DNA of 64,000 bases, taken from positions 28,024,001-28,088,000 of the forward strand of contig CM022665.1 in NCBI GenBank assembly GCA_012295275.1, written 5' to 3'. Position numbers and translations under genes: made by a program. The notes below the pieces were generated by a model. The model saw nothing but the letters and a program-made list of their open reading frames with translations. It ran no database searches and had not been told where the DNA came from. Positions 23,701 to 35,610 of this stretch are shown piece after piece. Each line of letters opens with the position of its first letter. The first letter of the stretch is position 1. Source of the DNA: Chrysomallon squamiferum. Lineage: Eukaryota > Animalia > Mollusca.

Positions 23701-26700
23701 AGACAGTCTTTACCATAGTAAACTTCAGGAGCAGAGCCTCAGGTAAAAGAAGGGTATAATAATAATAATAATAATAATAATTATTATTATTATTATTGAT
23801 ACATAGCACTTTAAAAAATATCTATAATAAAAGCTTTATATATATATATATATAAATTAATAAATAAAACCAATAAAAGCAGTGACAACTAAACTACAAC
23901 TATGTGTTTTCAGTGTTTTAATAAATTAGTAGATATAGTTATTTTGATGATCTGCAATTCAAGCCAGGCTAATGATTATGTGGATTATCTAGCAGGTGAA
24001 CTAACATGGACTATTAAAATCTGTGTTATGCGTCACAAACAAAAGAATGTGATAAACAAGGATAAGCAATCTAATCTGTCACTGTCATGGTAACTGTACA
24101 GCTTCACAAGATTTGGTGAACCTTCATTTTTAAGTCTGAAACACTGAACATAACACTGAGTACATTATAGTCTTCAAAGCAGTGTTAAGAACTTCACAAA
24201 GCAATATATCAAAATGTGGGGAAATAAAAAAAAATGTTTAATCTATACACCAAAGCAAACACTGGCAGGTTTGTCAATGGATGAGCATTCCCAGAGAAAA
24301 TATATCATGATTGAATATTTGTATTATAACTGATTATATAATATTAGCTGTACACAACAATTTAGTTTGTGTCTAAATATGTAAACAAAAAACCCCCCAA
24401 AATTCAAGATATGTAAGCCAGTGAATATTTTGCTCTTTTTAAAAAAAAAAAAATAGCTAACTTTTAGTATATCAAAACAATCATTTTTAAACCATTTGTC
24501 CCCAGTGTAGCCATTTAGCAAGCATTTAACAAGATATTCACACTAGCGAAGCAAAAACATTGTAAACATTTAATATTTTGCAAGTTCTGACCTCTGAAAG
24601 ATATTTTCAAAGTCATATATCAGGATCAATGTGTTCTATAAACCTTATTAAATTTTAAGTTTTAAAAACTTTCTTTATTATGCTTTTTTTCTGAAGCTAT
24701 TCATAGATATTTTGAATATTAAGGGTGCAATTTTCACAGCAGTACACCAGACAATTAAAGCTAATTAAAGAAAAACAACCTGCATAGAATTTTTGTAATA
24801 AAAAAAGAATAATAATAATAATCAGATGTAATATAATTATGTCCACAAATTATTTCAAACAGGATCTATGAAAAGACAAAAGCTACCATGCAAAATTAAT
24901 AAATACTGTTACCACTTACAGTCACACAAAACTGCATCATTGGAGGAACTCGCTGTTAAGAGAAATTAATGAAAAGAAAACATGACTTTAATTAACTGAA
25001 AAAGGGATGCTACATTTGTACTGAAGAAAAAAGAACATTAACAATAATAAACTAACACATTTAGTAATAACAAAAAATACTTTGAAATGCAGTCATTTTT
25101 AAACTGTAAATCAAAACAACCAAAAATGAAACAGTAATTAAATCAAACTGCATGCAATGTTTTAACTGAAACTGATGTTAACATGTATTCAGTGCATGTG
25201 AAATATAAATAAAATTGTGTAATATGCAAGTCATAAATGTCTATAACTCTTAAAGCAAAACAGTATTTTTGTTTGCAATGTCTCATTCCATAATTATTCA
25301 TTTTGATTTATGTTCTATAAAAAATAAATAATAATAATAATAATAAAATTTCAGTTGAGACTAACATTGTTTTCTTTTTTTAATATCTGCATTTAAATAT
25401 ATTTAAAAAAACCATACCAAATATTACCTACTAATTACTCATGACATGTAGTGTCAGTTTTTTCTCTCATTGTAACAACTGGTCATTCCCAACATACCAT
25501 ACAAGAAAAGCAGACTAAACTGAAGGTTAAATACTGCAGAGAAAATATGCTTTTCAATCTACATTATGATATGAAGAGTGAAAACAGAAGAACTGTAGTT
25601 ATTCAGGGATAAGTTCATCAGAACTTAATCAAGGAATTAAAGAAAAACAAAACCAGACAAAAAAAAAAAATGTAACTAAACTGGCAGATTTCCCAGTCTA
25701 ATATCTTATTTATATTCACAGATGCTGACTTGTTCTGTCCCAACAGTACTTTCATTCATTAGTTTTGTAACCTGACCAAATGGAATTTTGCAGACATTAT
25801 TCGTATTATTCATAAAATCTACTTTTAATATGACTGGTGTGACAAAAATATAAACATATAAAGGTATATCATCAGCATCATATATTTTTGTCTGTTAAAA
25901 CAAGATTGCAACCAGACACGAGACAATAATATTCATATTAATGGCTATTTCATAATATATACAATCTACTAAAATCCTTGGCTGAACACATTTAAATGTA
26001 AATTCTGGTTAAATAATAAAGATTTAACTTGAAATACTAGTGGATAATACTTGGTGCCAAAATAATCAACAGATGTTTTCTTTCTATATCAAATACTTAG
26101 AACTGCCATCAAGCAAAACTAAATGGAATTTATACAACGCAGAATAATAAATGTCAAGAAGCAAGGTGAGAACTGACAAGTATCGGAATCAGAAATCTTT
26201 ATAGCAGCTTTGACTACTATTATAGATCTTAAAAAACACCATTAACAGTGTTTAATGTGTTGTCTTAACTGCCTGCAGGTATCCTGAATTCAAATAACAC
26301 TGTTTTACAAAATACAATCTTATGGTACATACAGAAGACTGTTTTGTTTCACAAATTAATAACATCAATTGTTTTATACTACTGTAAGACCTTGGATGTT
26401 GAAATCTGTATGAAGGATCTGTAATGACGAATTACCATTTTAATTTTTGTGCATTTTACTTGTATTTTTTTTATATTCAAAATTAAACAAAGATGTTTTC
26501 AACATATTCTCAAATCCTTAACCTGCCCTCGAAAACAGTTAATTTGCAAACTTACTGTTTAAATTTTCTCAGAGGTTTCTGAAGATCTTATAATTCAGTT
26601 CAAAATCTATAAATGTAAACTGAATTAACCAATTAATTTCACCATTTCTGTACACATTTATGAAAACTGACTATTAAAGCACTCAAACTGATTTTATTAA

Positions 26701-29700
26701 TGTACAAAAATTTCTGACATCAGTAACAGTGATGAAATCAAATCTGAATAATCTGAATTAAAAAATATCATAAACAGTAGGGTTAACTGTCCAGTAAGTT
26801 ATTAAAATTACAAATATAGCTTTTGCAAAATTTAAGTTGTTCTTTTGATTACAAAATCTGAATCTACCTTCAGGCAACTTAATGCTGAAGAGGATACTAG
26901 CCTACATAATTTGAAGCAAGTTCAGTCCTAATTACACATTTATCTGATGGTTTTATTGGCATTTTTCAAATTTAATTATACAAGTAAAAAAACTTTACAT
27001 TTTGATTATAATAATAACTTTCTTAATGGAATGACAGAAACTATTAAACATTTGTTACCAAACTTTGAAGGTGTACACGTGTTTGTGAATAGAATATTCT
27101 TACATGCATTTTATGTGCATATATTTCTTAAATTCTAAAATGTCCTTTCTGTGGTGGAAGTGGTTCATTTACAACAATGAATTATCTGTATTTCTCTCTC
27201 TCTCTTTCACACACACACTCTCTTCCATAATCAGATTACAGTCAAAAAATTAAAAAATAATAAACAATAAATCTAACATTTCTATTAAAGAAAATGTAAG
27301 TTTTCATCACTGACAAAATTTAAAAACAAATAAATATTTGTTCTGAGCTAACAGTTTCTCATTCTGATTAATATGATTTTTGAAAATGGTATGCTAATGA
27401 CATTGGTTTCCTCTACTGTTACCTAATAAGCAAGTTATTATCTCCAATAATTTGCTAGCTACACTATTCATGATTAACTATTTCAACAATTTAATTACAG
27501 TAACACCAAGTTCATTAGTCAAGGTATTAAACATTGTTGTGCTAAGTTTAACTGTCATATCTGACAGCATTTACAATGTCGGAAACAGTTGCGAAAATAA
27601 GCTTTGTTAATAATTCATAATACTTCAGACAAGTCTGATTTCATAATTTAAAAAAATAAATTAAAAAAATATATATATATGAAAAATACCCATTTAGTCA
27701 TACTATGCAATACTGTAATGAAAAATAAATTGCTGTTGAGAATTATAGAACTCCAAAGCCACAGCCATGGCAGTACCAAATACCCACTGAAGACTGTACT
27801 AATAAAATGTATACAGTTTTGAAAAAATTAGCATTAATAATTGTTCATTTTAGCAAATAAATATAAACAGATGCTAAATATTTAGACCAATGAATAATAA
27901 CATGTACAATGTACTGCAAGCACAGTCCAGTTCTGCTTAATGGTATGAGCTGCAGAGACATTATGGCACCAGCAACACCATTACACTTAAAACAAATCAA
28001 TTTTCCAGAGCAGCCAGAGCATAATTATTACAACACATCTCTACATAAACAAAACATTATCGATCAAGTGTCTGTCACAGCACATTTGATCTATACCAGA
28101 ATTTTCATTTACTAGTTAATCACTGTCAAATGTTTTATATACATTTAACATAATAATGAAAATAAAACAAATATTTTGTCTATGTTAATAAATCAATAAA
28201 AATGGTGTTCTGTGCTCAACAGACTACACATAAAAACAAATTAAAGTTACTTAAAGCTTTTAAAATTTTATAATTGTCCTAGCTGCAAATTTATTTTTAA
28301 AATACAGTTAAGAAACAATGCTTACAATGCTTCCATGAGGGAATGAACTACTATTCTGTTATTTAAAAGGCAAGTATTTTCTACTTTTATAAAATATATA
28401 CTTCTGAGTAGTAAAATGTACACTTTTTTAATTAGATAAAAAATATGAAGTTACTCTTTCACTACAAGTTTATTCAAAAATGCCAAAGAAATGTTCTTTT
28501 GCAAAAATTAACAAATAAAACTCACTTCTTGGGTCGATGTTCTTAAGCCATGCATCTGAAAAAAGAAAAAAGAAAATCAAAAATAGTTCAAAACAGTTAG
28601 TTTACAAAACCAGTAGTATAAACAGCAATTTACAATGTATGATTAATGTTTAACTAAATGCTAAACTATGCCGATAAGCATTTGACATGTAATCTGCATG
28701 TGCAATTACTCATTTATCAACCCATTATTTATAGGCAAAACAAACTTTAGTAAACGTATGTTACTTGTTAACCAATAAAGCTCCAGGACAATAAAAAGGA
28801 AAAGGTAAAAATTAAAATAGTAAGGAAGTTTCAGAACTGTGCAAGACAAAGAACAAGGAAATCTATGACAACCACAAGACTTTATTAATAATTATTTTAT
28901 ATTTATGGCTGACATAAAAAGTATGTATTATTGCGTATGCCAACTCACAGTAAAATAGCATGGGTTAAACGCCCCAACACTGATTTTGGCTGAGGTTTAT
29001 TTTCCCATTGTATCTCCACTAATAATGGATGTACATTTGTATTACAATTTAACAAACAAAAATCTTTCTACCTTTCATCTGCATTTTATTATATGCTAGT
29101 TTGTGTGACCAGTTTGCTTCTGTTATCTGAAACATTTGGGTCATACTGCACTTTAACCTACTCACAGCCATTTTTCAGAAAATGAACAGGCTCATGCAGT
29201 ATTTGTGGTACTGAAGCAAAATACATCACTGATCATCATACTCTAAACCAATCCAAGTTAACCTTTTAACAGTGGAAAGCTAGAAAACAGTGTGGTTTTA
29301 AAAATGATGCATTAACATTTTCCATTAAAAAATACAAGCTGCAATATCCACTCTTGGCACAATATTATCTAAAGCTGTCTTTATAATTATTTGCTCTTTA
29401 AAAAGTTGTACAACTTGATCAAGAAATGTTACTGTATAACAAATTAGTGGAAGAAAACAGAGTGAACACCATCCTCTTTAAGCATGGTCATGGAAAATAC
29501 AGCTGATATTGTCAAGCACGGGTACCCATATCAACTTGAAAATGTACATGCAAGAAACTTGTGTTATGTTCTAATTACTATTTACACTTTTGTATGACTA
29601 AACCCAGGTTTTGTGAAATTAGCTGTCTGAAGTGGACCAACACTATCAGTTAAATGTTGCAGGTCTATGTACAAAATCATGAAAAGAAGAATCTTATTCA

Positions 29701-31286
29701 TCAATATCTTGCTTAATTTCTTATTTATTGTATAACTGTACAAGTAGGTCACTGGAAGGCTACAAGCAAAATAGTTTTAAGAAACATGCTCATCTATTTT
29801 TAGTTATTATTTTTCGTTTGAGTAACTGCATTTTCTCTGACTTTTGCTCCACTAAATGAACATTAATTCAACACCCTTTCAAACTGAAGTAGAAAAGAAG
29901 AAATCAAGGAGAAGCCAAGTCCTGATCATAAACTGAAACCGACTGTTTCAACATTCCAGGGACCAGCAAGCACCTGATGCACCAAATTAACTTATCTCAG
30001 TTATACAGAAAAACAATTCTCTTGATGACTATAAAGTTTAGTTTTGAGAATTGGCATGCTTTGAGATTTTAGTGGTAAAAAAACAAACCATTTAAATGTT
30101 TTAAATCTGTGATATCTCCTTTGATAGTATAACAATGAAATTTTGCAAGTGATTTTACTTTGTTGAAACTGCATTTCCTGGAGTATCATATGATTTTGGT
30201 TAATTTTTAAAAAACTAAGTAGGTATACCAAATGTTAAATTGCTTTAAATAGTGAGGGTAAGAATGAATCAAATGAAACAGCCTTCTTCCAAATTGTAAT
30301 ATTAAAAGCATCAGGTGATTATGAAAGATTAATGGCTTATTTTAAGTCTCAGCATTTTCTTAAGTGAATGTTTTATAATCAACTTCCTAAAATCAGTCAG
30401 CAAATATTCAGTACAACTAAGCTAAAAACAATAAAAATTATTTTGATGAAAAATCTTCATAACATTTATTTATGAAGATGCAAGTCATTCACAAAGTCCA
30501 CATGCTTGACTTATTTTCATTGAGATGTTTCTTCTAATACTAAAACCAAATTAGTTTTGTCTACACCAAGATATTTATGAAACGATAAACATCAGTTATA
30601 AAATTAGCCAATTACAGACCATCTGTGGATAACAAAATTATATACAAAAATGTATCAATATTTTTGTTAGAAGCATAACTACAAAAGTTTCAGACATTTT
30701 CATTCTCCAACAAATCATTTTTAAAGTATACTGTGGAAAAATAATGCAGTTGTAACATTATAAACAGCTCTGCTCAAGAACCAGATTTCCGTACAAATTT
30801 TGAAAACTATCTGGTAAAATAAAAGCAATGCATGCCAATAAACTTGTTACCTTTAGGTTTAACTTCTTTAGCCTGTTCTGTTTCGGCTTTTGATTCCGAT
30901 TTCTCATAGTCTATTTGTTCAGGGGTGGGTGGAGGGGTAGGTTCTTGGGTTGTCACAGGTGGGACAGGTGAAGAAACGGGGAAAGGAGTAGTAAAGTTTT
31001 CCAAGGATTCCGATTTAGGAGTTGGATCAGATTGCATTGATGACGATTCGTCACCAAAAGATATTAGTGGTGTTTCTGCCGCCTCAGCTTCCGACGCACC
31101 CGCAACATATCGGTCTTCTTCAGCTTGTTCTTCGCCGTGCATTGACGACGATGAGACTGCCTCGTCTTGGTCCTGGGGATCCGCAACATCATTATCGCAC
31201 CTATCCACCTTCTCGAAATCATCATTGCTTAAATTGTTGCTCTCTGAAGGATTGTCCGTCACATTCTGCTGTGGCACATCCGCCAT
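17702..31286 (-). CDS. RTN1: Reticulon gene span (RTN1/Nogo-like, ~345 aa). Exons 31286-30851, 28555-28526, 20770-20563, 20318-20180, 19913-19844, 19525-19479, 18169-18111, 17750-17702
   Basis: Reticulon homology domain ([15 protein letters not shown]...GHPF...[15 protein letters not shown]...WFNGMTL...FTLPKVYE); RHD exon sizes 208/139/70/47/59 as in vertebrate RTNs; acidic Pro-rich N-terminus; C-terminal KAKTQ (KxKxx). Symbol is nominal: an invertebrate would likely have one co-orthologue of RTN1-4. Confidence 0.96.
18111..18169 (-). CDS. RTN1: Reticulon exon 7 (59 bp; [19 protein letters not shown])
   Basis: ttgcag|GTT ... CA|gtaagt. Confidence 0.94.
18683..18994. mobile_element. Possible old hAT-like MITE
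   Basis: Imperfect TIRs tagcagtgtggatc / gatcctgcacaacta; internal aatccc/gatccc motifs; TSD not convincing. Confidence 0.3.
19479..19525 (-). CDS. RTN1: Reticulon exon 6 (47 bp; [16 protein letters not shown])
   Basis: ccacag|GA ... AAG|gtatga. Confidence 0.95.
19844..19913 (-). CDS. RTN1: Reticulon exon 5 (70 bp; [23 protein letters not shown])
   Basis: tttcag|TTT ... G|gtatgt. Confidence 0.96.
20180..20318 (-). CDS. RTN1: Reticulon exon 4 (139 bp; [16 protein letters not shown]...[15 protein letters not shown])
   Basis: tttcag|A ... AAG|gtataa. Confidence 0.96.
20563..20770 (-). CDS. RTN1: Reticulon exon 3 (208 bp; first RHD hairpin)
   Basis: tttcag|TT CTG GAG ... TTC AA|gtgagc. Confidence 0.97.
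22205..22475 (-). mobile_element. Decayed Penelope-like (PLE) reverse transcriptase fragment
   Basis: Colinear motif remnants across frameshifts: NTNNIL (~DTxDFL), [11 protein letters not shown] (~TLDVxSLYTNI), [10 protein letters not shown] (~LVLxxNYFQF), Q.GV...PAL..NLYI (~QxxGxxMGSxxxPxLANLYM). Confidence 0.5.
28526..28555 (-). CDS. RTN1: Reticulon exon 2 (30-bp micro-exon; [10 protein letters not shown])
   Basis: Strong polypyrimidine tract + cag|AT ... AGA A|gtgagt; phase 1-1; gives DPR-ILELIYW leading into the RHD. Confidence 0.85.
30851..31286 (-). CDS. RTN1: Reticulon exon 1 (acidic/Pro-rich disordered N-terminus)
   Basis: gaaATGG start; 145 codons open; AAA G|gtaaca donor; phase 1 fits downstream exons. 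Confidence 0.88.
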
Positions 31287-31389
31287 TTCTGAGTCTTAAT
31301 AATGTTGCGAATATAAATCAGTGCAGTAGTAACAAATTTGATATAAAACCAGCTGTTTCGCCTCTTAAAATACAACCTGTTTCACAACA

Positions 31390-31501
31390 TTAACATGGCC
31401 GACAATACTGACGTAATTTCTGAGCATGCGCAGATTGACGGTGACGGAAGTGTCATTATTAGCTATTTATTCCTTGGCATGTGATGGCGAGATAAACATA
31501 A

Positions 31502-31575
<74 letters not shown>

Positions 31576-31705
31576 TAACACACACACGAACACACATATT
31601 ATTTGTATGTGTGTTACAATTATTATCGGTCATTTCTTATCAGAAATATCACACCGTTGAAGTGAATTATAATGATATAAGTGACGTAACTCTGACGTCA
31701 GAGAA
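31390..31705 (-). promoter_or_regulatory. Reticulon promoter with YY1-, CRE/ATF-, NRF1- and ETS-type motifs
   Basis: aacatggccg 31392-31401; tgacgtaa 31409-31416; gcatgcgca 31424-31432; cggaagtg 31445-31452; tgacgtaa 31682-31689; palindrome ctctgacgtcagag 31690-31703. Confidence 0.7.
31505..31595. repeat. Compound (TC)n(TA)n(AC)n microsatellite
   Basis: Seen directly. Confidence 0.95.
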
Positions 31706-31851
31706 TTGAACTATGGTATAAAATAAAACGTATATGGGCACGACTACATTGTTGGCCGTATCCAGTAAATTTAGCCAGTAAAAAAAAAAGTCACCAAATT
31801 TTGGAGTTTTCATACTTGAAAACTACAAATAAATAAATCAAAATTAATTTT

Positions 31852-31854
<3 letters not shown>

Positions 31855-31889
<35 letters not shown>
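31855..31889. repeat. (AC)n microsatellite
   Basis: Seen directly. Confidence 0.95.
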
Positions 31890-31893
<4 letters not shown>

Positions 31894-33603
31894 AGAAAAA
31901 GGAAAGCATGAAAACACTGTTTAAACCTTATGAATAATAACAATAACAACAACAATGATAATACTATTAATAATAATTAGTAGTAATATGTTTGTTGTTA
32001 CTATTGTTGGTTTTTATGTTAAATACATTTTTTGAAAGTAATTTACATGGTTAAATATAAAAGATGAACATTTACAACAGTTATTCATGTCGTTCAGTGA
32101 TATACAACAAGTGTTATTTTTACAGACAAATACAACTACTGTTTATTATAAATACTTTAAAACAGATGACTTAAGATTTGAACTCTATCCAACTGAACAA
32201 AAGAAAAAAAAAATACCGCTGTTAACTTGATCCGCACGTTTGGTATTTATGACATTTGTGTTAAAATTTAATGTGAAATTTCTATTATAAATTAATAATG
32301 ATAATAACAATGAGCTATTTGTAGATAAATGATTATTATCTGTTTTTTTTCACCCCTCTTAATGTGTAACGGACTCGGACGTCTTGTATGCTATATTTTT
32401 AGCCACGCACGCACGCACACGCACACACACACACACATACTGCAGGATAAAGCTGCCATCATAAGATAGTAGCCAATTATTCCTTTATATATATATACCC
32501 CATCCACAAAATAAATGATTTTATATGGGAAAAAAAAAAAAAATAAAAAAAAATAAACATAACATATTTGATACATTTTATTTCCATAAAAAATTTCAGT
32601 CAATTATTCTTACAAATTTACGAATAGAACCATTTTATAGTTTTAAAAATCTATGATTTAATGGACTTCTATTACCATGATGACCGTACTAGTAATATTA
32701 AATATCTGGTCAAAACATAAATTAAAACGGTAAATGAAAAGAATCTCTATGTTAAATTAATTAATATGACAAAAATTTAGTTAACTTACACTAATAATTA
32801 AATTAAAAACAAAGTAATTATATTTTTACATGCATTTATATTTTTGTTCGTAGACATTTATCCATTTTATTTCATATATTATTATTATTATTATTATTGT
32901 TATTGTTATGTTTGTTTGTTTGTTTGATTGAATTTGTTTTTGTTAATTTTTAAATAATAATTTATTTCATTTTATTTCAAGTATTTTATCCATTTCAGAA
33001 AGAATACCAAAATAACGTGATCTACGAAAGAGAGGCTGCGTCTCTCAGATAGAATTTCATTTTGTTTGATAATGCGTAAAGCTGAATGAATAATATTTAG
33101 TTATATCTTTAATTTAACTGCTTTTAAACCCAAATATTACAAACCTTTGGTCTTTTCTAAGCCAGTTTCTCCAATTGACTGCATTAATGATTTTGCAGTA
33201 AAACGTTTTGAACAGAATTTTCAGCGAAACTTTCCTTTAGGGTGACCCTAAAACTCGTAGGGATTAGATACGACAAAACCTTATTACTGCTACATTATAT
33301 TTAGGATAAACTTTGTTAATATATTATTATTATTATTATTATTAGATGGCAGTGACATTTATTATATAAGTTATATAAAATTATCTATATATAGGTATTT
33401 AATACATTTCAATTGTCCTTGATAAAAAATTAAACCTTATTTATCTGGATTTTCATCAGGCAGAAAACCTTTGACCAAGTAAAATAAAATTAAAGTTAAC
33501 TACGTATTCAGTGTACAGTTTATTTTATTAAATAGTACAATATATTTTGTCTTATCCACCCAACCCCTTCACCTCCGTCACTATAAACTAAAAAAATAAA
33601 TTA

Positions 33604-33643
<40 letters not shown>

Positions 33644-34210
33644 TAAATAAATAAATAAAATAAGAAATAATTTTTTTTTTTTTTTAATTAAAAAGTTCTT
33701 AGGGCCTCACAGTCACAAGAGTCTCAATGAATTTTATTTCAGTTATTTAACATTATTATTTGTTAATACTTGTTAAATATGGCCTCTAGAATTTTGCACA
33801 GTTTAAGACCTTATCAAGACCCCGACGCTTTGTTTAACATTATACATCATGTACTTGATACCCAAAACAGAATATTGATAAATGTGGCTGTTTCATACAG
33901 TTAACTAACTCATTTTTAGGCCATTGTGTATACAAATATTATGTTTTGACTATAATCGTGATATCACTGATCCAGCTTCAAAGCATTTGTCTTACAAAGT
34001 ACTAGCACTCAAAATAGACGTGTAGTTTGATTTTATTTGCTAACCCCTCCACCTTATGCAATATTTTCAGCTTCCTTTTTTATTGATAGCATGATGTCAC
34101 TGGTTATGACGTCATTACAAATTGTCACAAAAGTTTTAATGATTGTTTAGATTTAAAAGCAAATAATTATAATTGGTTATATTTAAAAATAATACAAATG
34201 CAACTTATAA

Positions 34211-34411
34211 TTAAATACCATTATGAATATCATGTTCAAAGTAGTTTCCATCTACTATCTCTAGTGCCATGTTCGATTCATCACTGTCGAATTCTGAATC
34301 AAATAGATAGGAAAGTACTCCATCAACAATTTCTTCGGCTTCTATCTCTAGTGCCTCTTCATTAACATAATACTGAAGTATATTTTCAGAAAAATCCCCT
34401 GCGTCCGCCAT
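34211..34411 (-). other. Orphan acidic ORF or putative first exon (66 aa), probably the 5' part of a transposon gene
   Basis: aatATGGCGG start; D/E-rich; possible donor G|gtattt at 34218; CpG-retaining region flanked by two ATGACGTCAT palindromes. Confidence 0.35.
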
Positions 34412-34619
34412 ATTGATCTAAAATATGACGTCATGCAATCAAAAATAAGAGACAAAGATATCCGATTTAAATCTGCCTTATTTTTGGGAAACGTAACTTT
34501 TCTTTACAATAAACTGTATCTTGAAAATTATATTCTGACAGTAGTGGTTACATTTATCCCATAATTTAATCTACCCATTTATTTCATAAGACGTCGACCA
34601 GAAAGGTCAGACTTTAAAA

Positions 34620-35300
34620 AGTGGTCTGGGCAATTCCACCATTCAAGAGACATGGGGGGCGAACAAATTAAACTTCATTATTTCGCTACGTAAAGGGTCA
34701 AAATGTATTCACAAAATTCCTAATTTGCAGAAAAAAAAACCATGAAAATTTTTGTTGATTCATATTTGTTCCTTTGTGGTTCTGAAATTAGCATGTATTA
34801 CATAATTTCAAGGTTACAAATTATCAAAAAATAGGAATATTCAGATCACCCGCACCAAACTGGCTTTGATACATCATTTCACTGTTTATAATGTCTGAAA
34901 CATCACTAAAGAATATGGAAACTTCAAATATTTTATAAAAGTTGCATGGCCATAAGCAGAAATTTATATGGCGTGATGCCTAATAAACGACAGCATAGGG
35001 AGAGTCCAAGAAATGTTTTAAAATCTAGAATGCAGGAGATGCATTTTCCTGCATTCTCGGAAGTAAATTTGAAATGTTACATTGTCTCAGAATATGTCAC
35101 GCTATATACAGGGAGATAATGAAGTTAGTGTCTATCAGAACGGATCCGAGGGAAAATTAACAACACTGGTAACTTTACAGCACATTTCTGCTGTGCATTA
35201 TAAGGGTCCTGCCATAGCTGCGAAACACTGTCAGAATACTTTTTTTGTGTTTGTTTTTGTACATCCACGTACGGACCCCTGACCCCAGCCCCTTCAGTAG
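34620..35300. mobile_element. Cluster of non-autonomous DNA-transposon-like fragments
   Basis: 11-bp-stem hairpin agaatgcagga / tcctgcattct (35027-35057); ggacccctgaccccagcccc; retained CpGs; family not assignable. Confidence 0.35.
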
Positions 35301-35408
35301 ATATACAAAAATTGGACTTAAAGTAATGTGCTCAGTTAATGTAATATCTGTCACAAAAAAGAGCCTCCTACTGGAAATAAGAAATTAGCCAATCCAGGTT
35401 AATGACTG

Positions 35409-35610
35409 ATGGGCTTGCTCATTGCAGTGTATGATAATGAACTCTTGATTGAAAAGGTAAAGCACATTTGTGAAGTGACCATTATGCACCAAGGTGGTAC
35501 TATATCAAAGTGGCTATCCAAAGAGGACAAAAATCTTTTGTATTAATGAGAAGATGAAGAAAAAGTTACTGCCACTTACCATGATCAGTGAATGGGATCC
35601 CTTGTAGGAT
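35409..35610 (+). mobile_element. Decayed C-terminal Tudor/PWWP-like domain of a DNA transposase (possibly Sola-like)
   Basis: GLLIAVYDNELLIEKV...EVTIMHQGG...KWLSKEDK then frameshifted KKLLP; resembles the recalled AVxYDxxWYIGxV...VxFMHPxG...KWPxxED pattern. Confidence 0.4.

Noticed and set aside
23600-23745. Possible short alternative first exon of the reticulon (ATG|gtaaag at ~23714; ccaag|gtaatg at ~23603)
   Set aside because: Phases do not fit the phase-1 acceptor at 20770, or an in-frame stop intervenes
30925-31393. Two long plus-strand ORFs (124 and 123 aa)
   Set aside because: Antisense shadows of the GC-richer reticulon exon 1; no independent motifs
33236-33252. Palindrome tttagggt-g-accctaaa with telomere-like ttaggg
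   Set aside because: Single unit; no array or associated element
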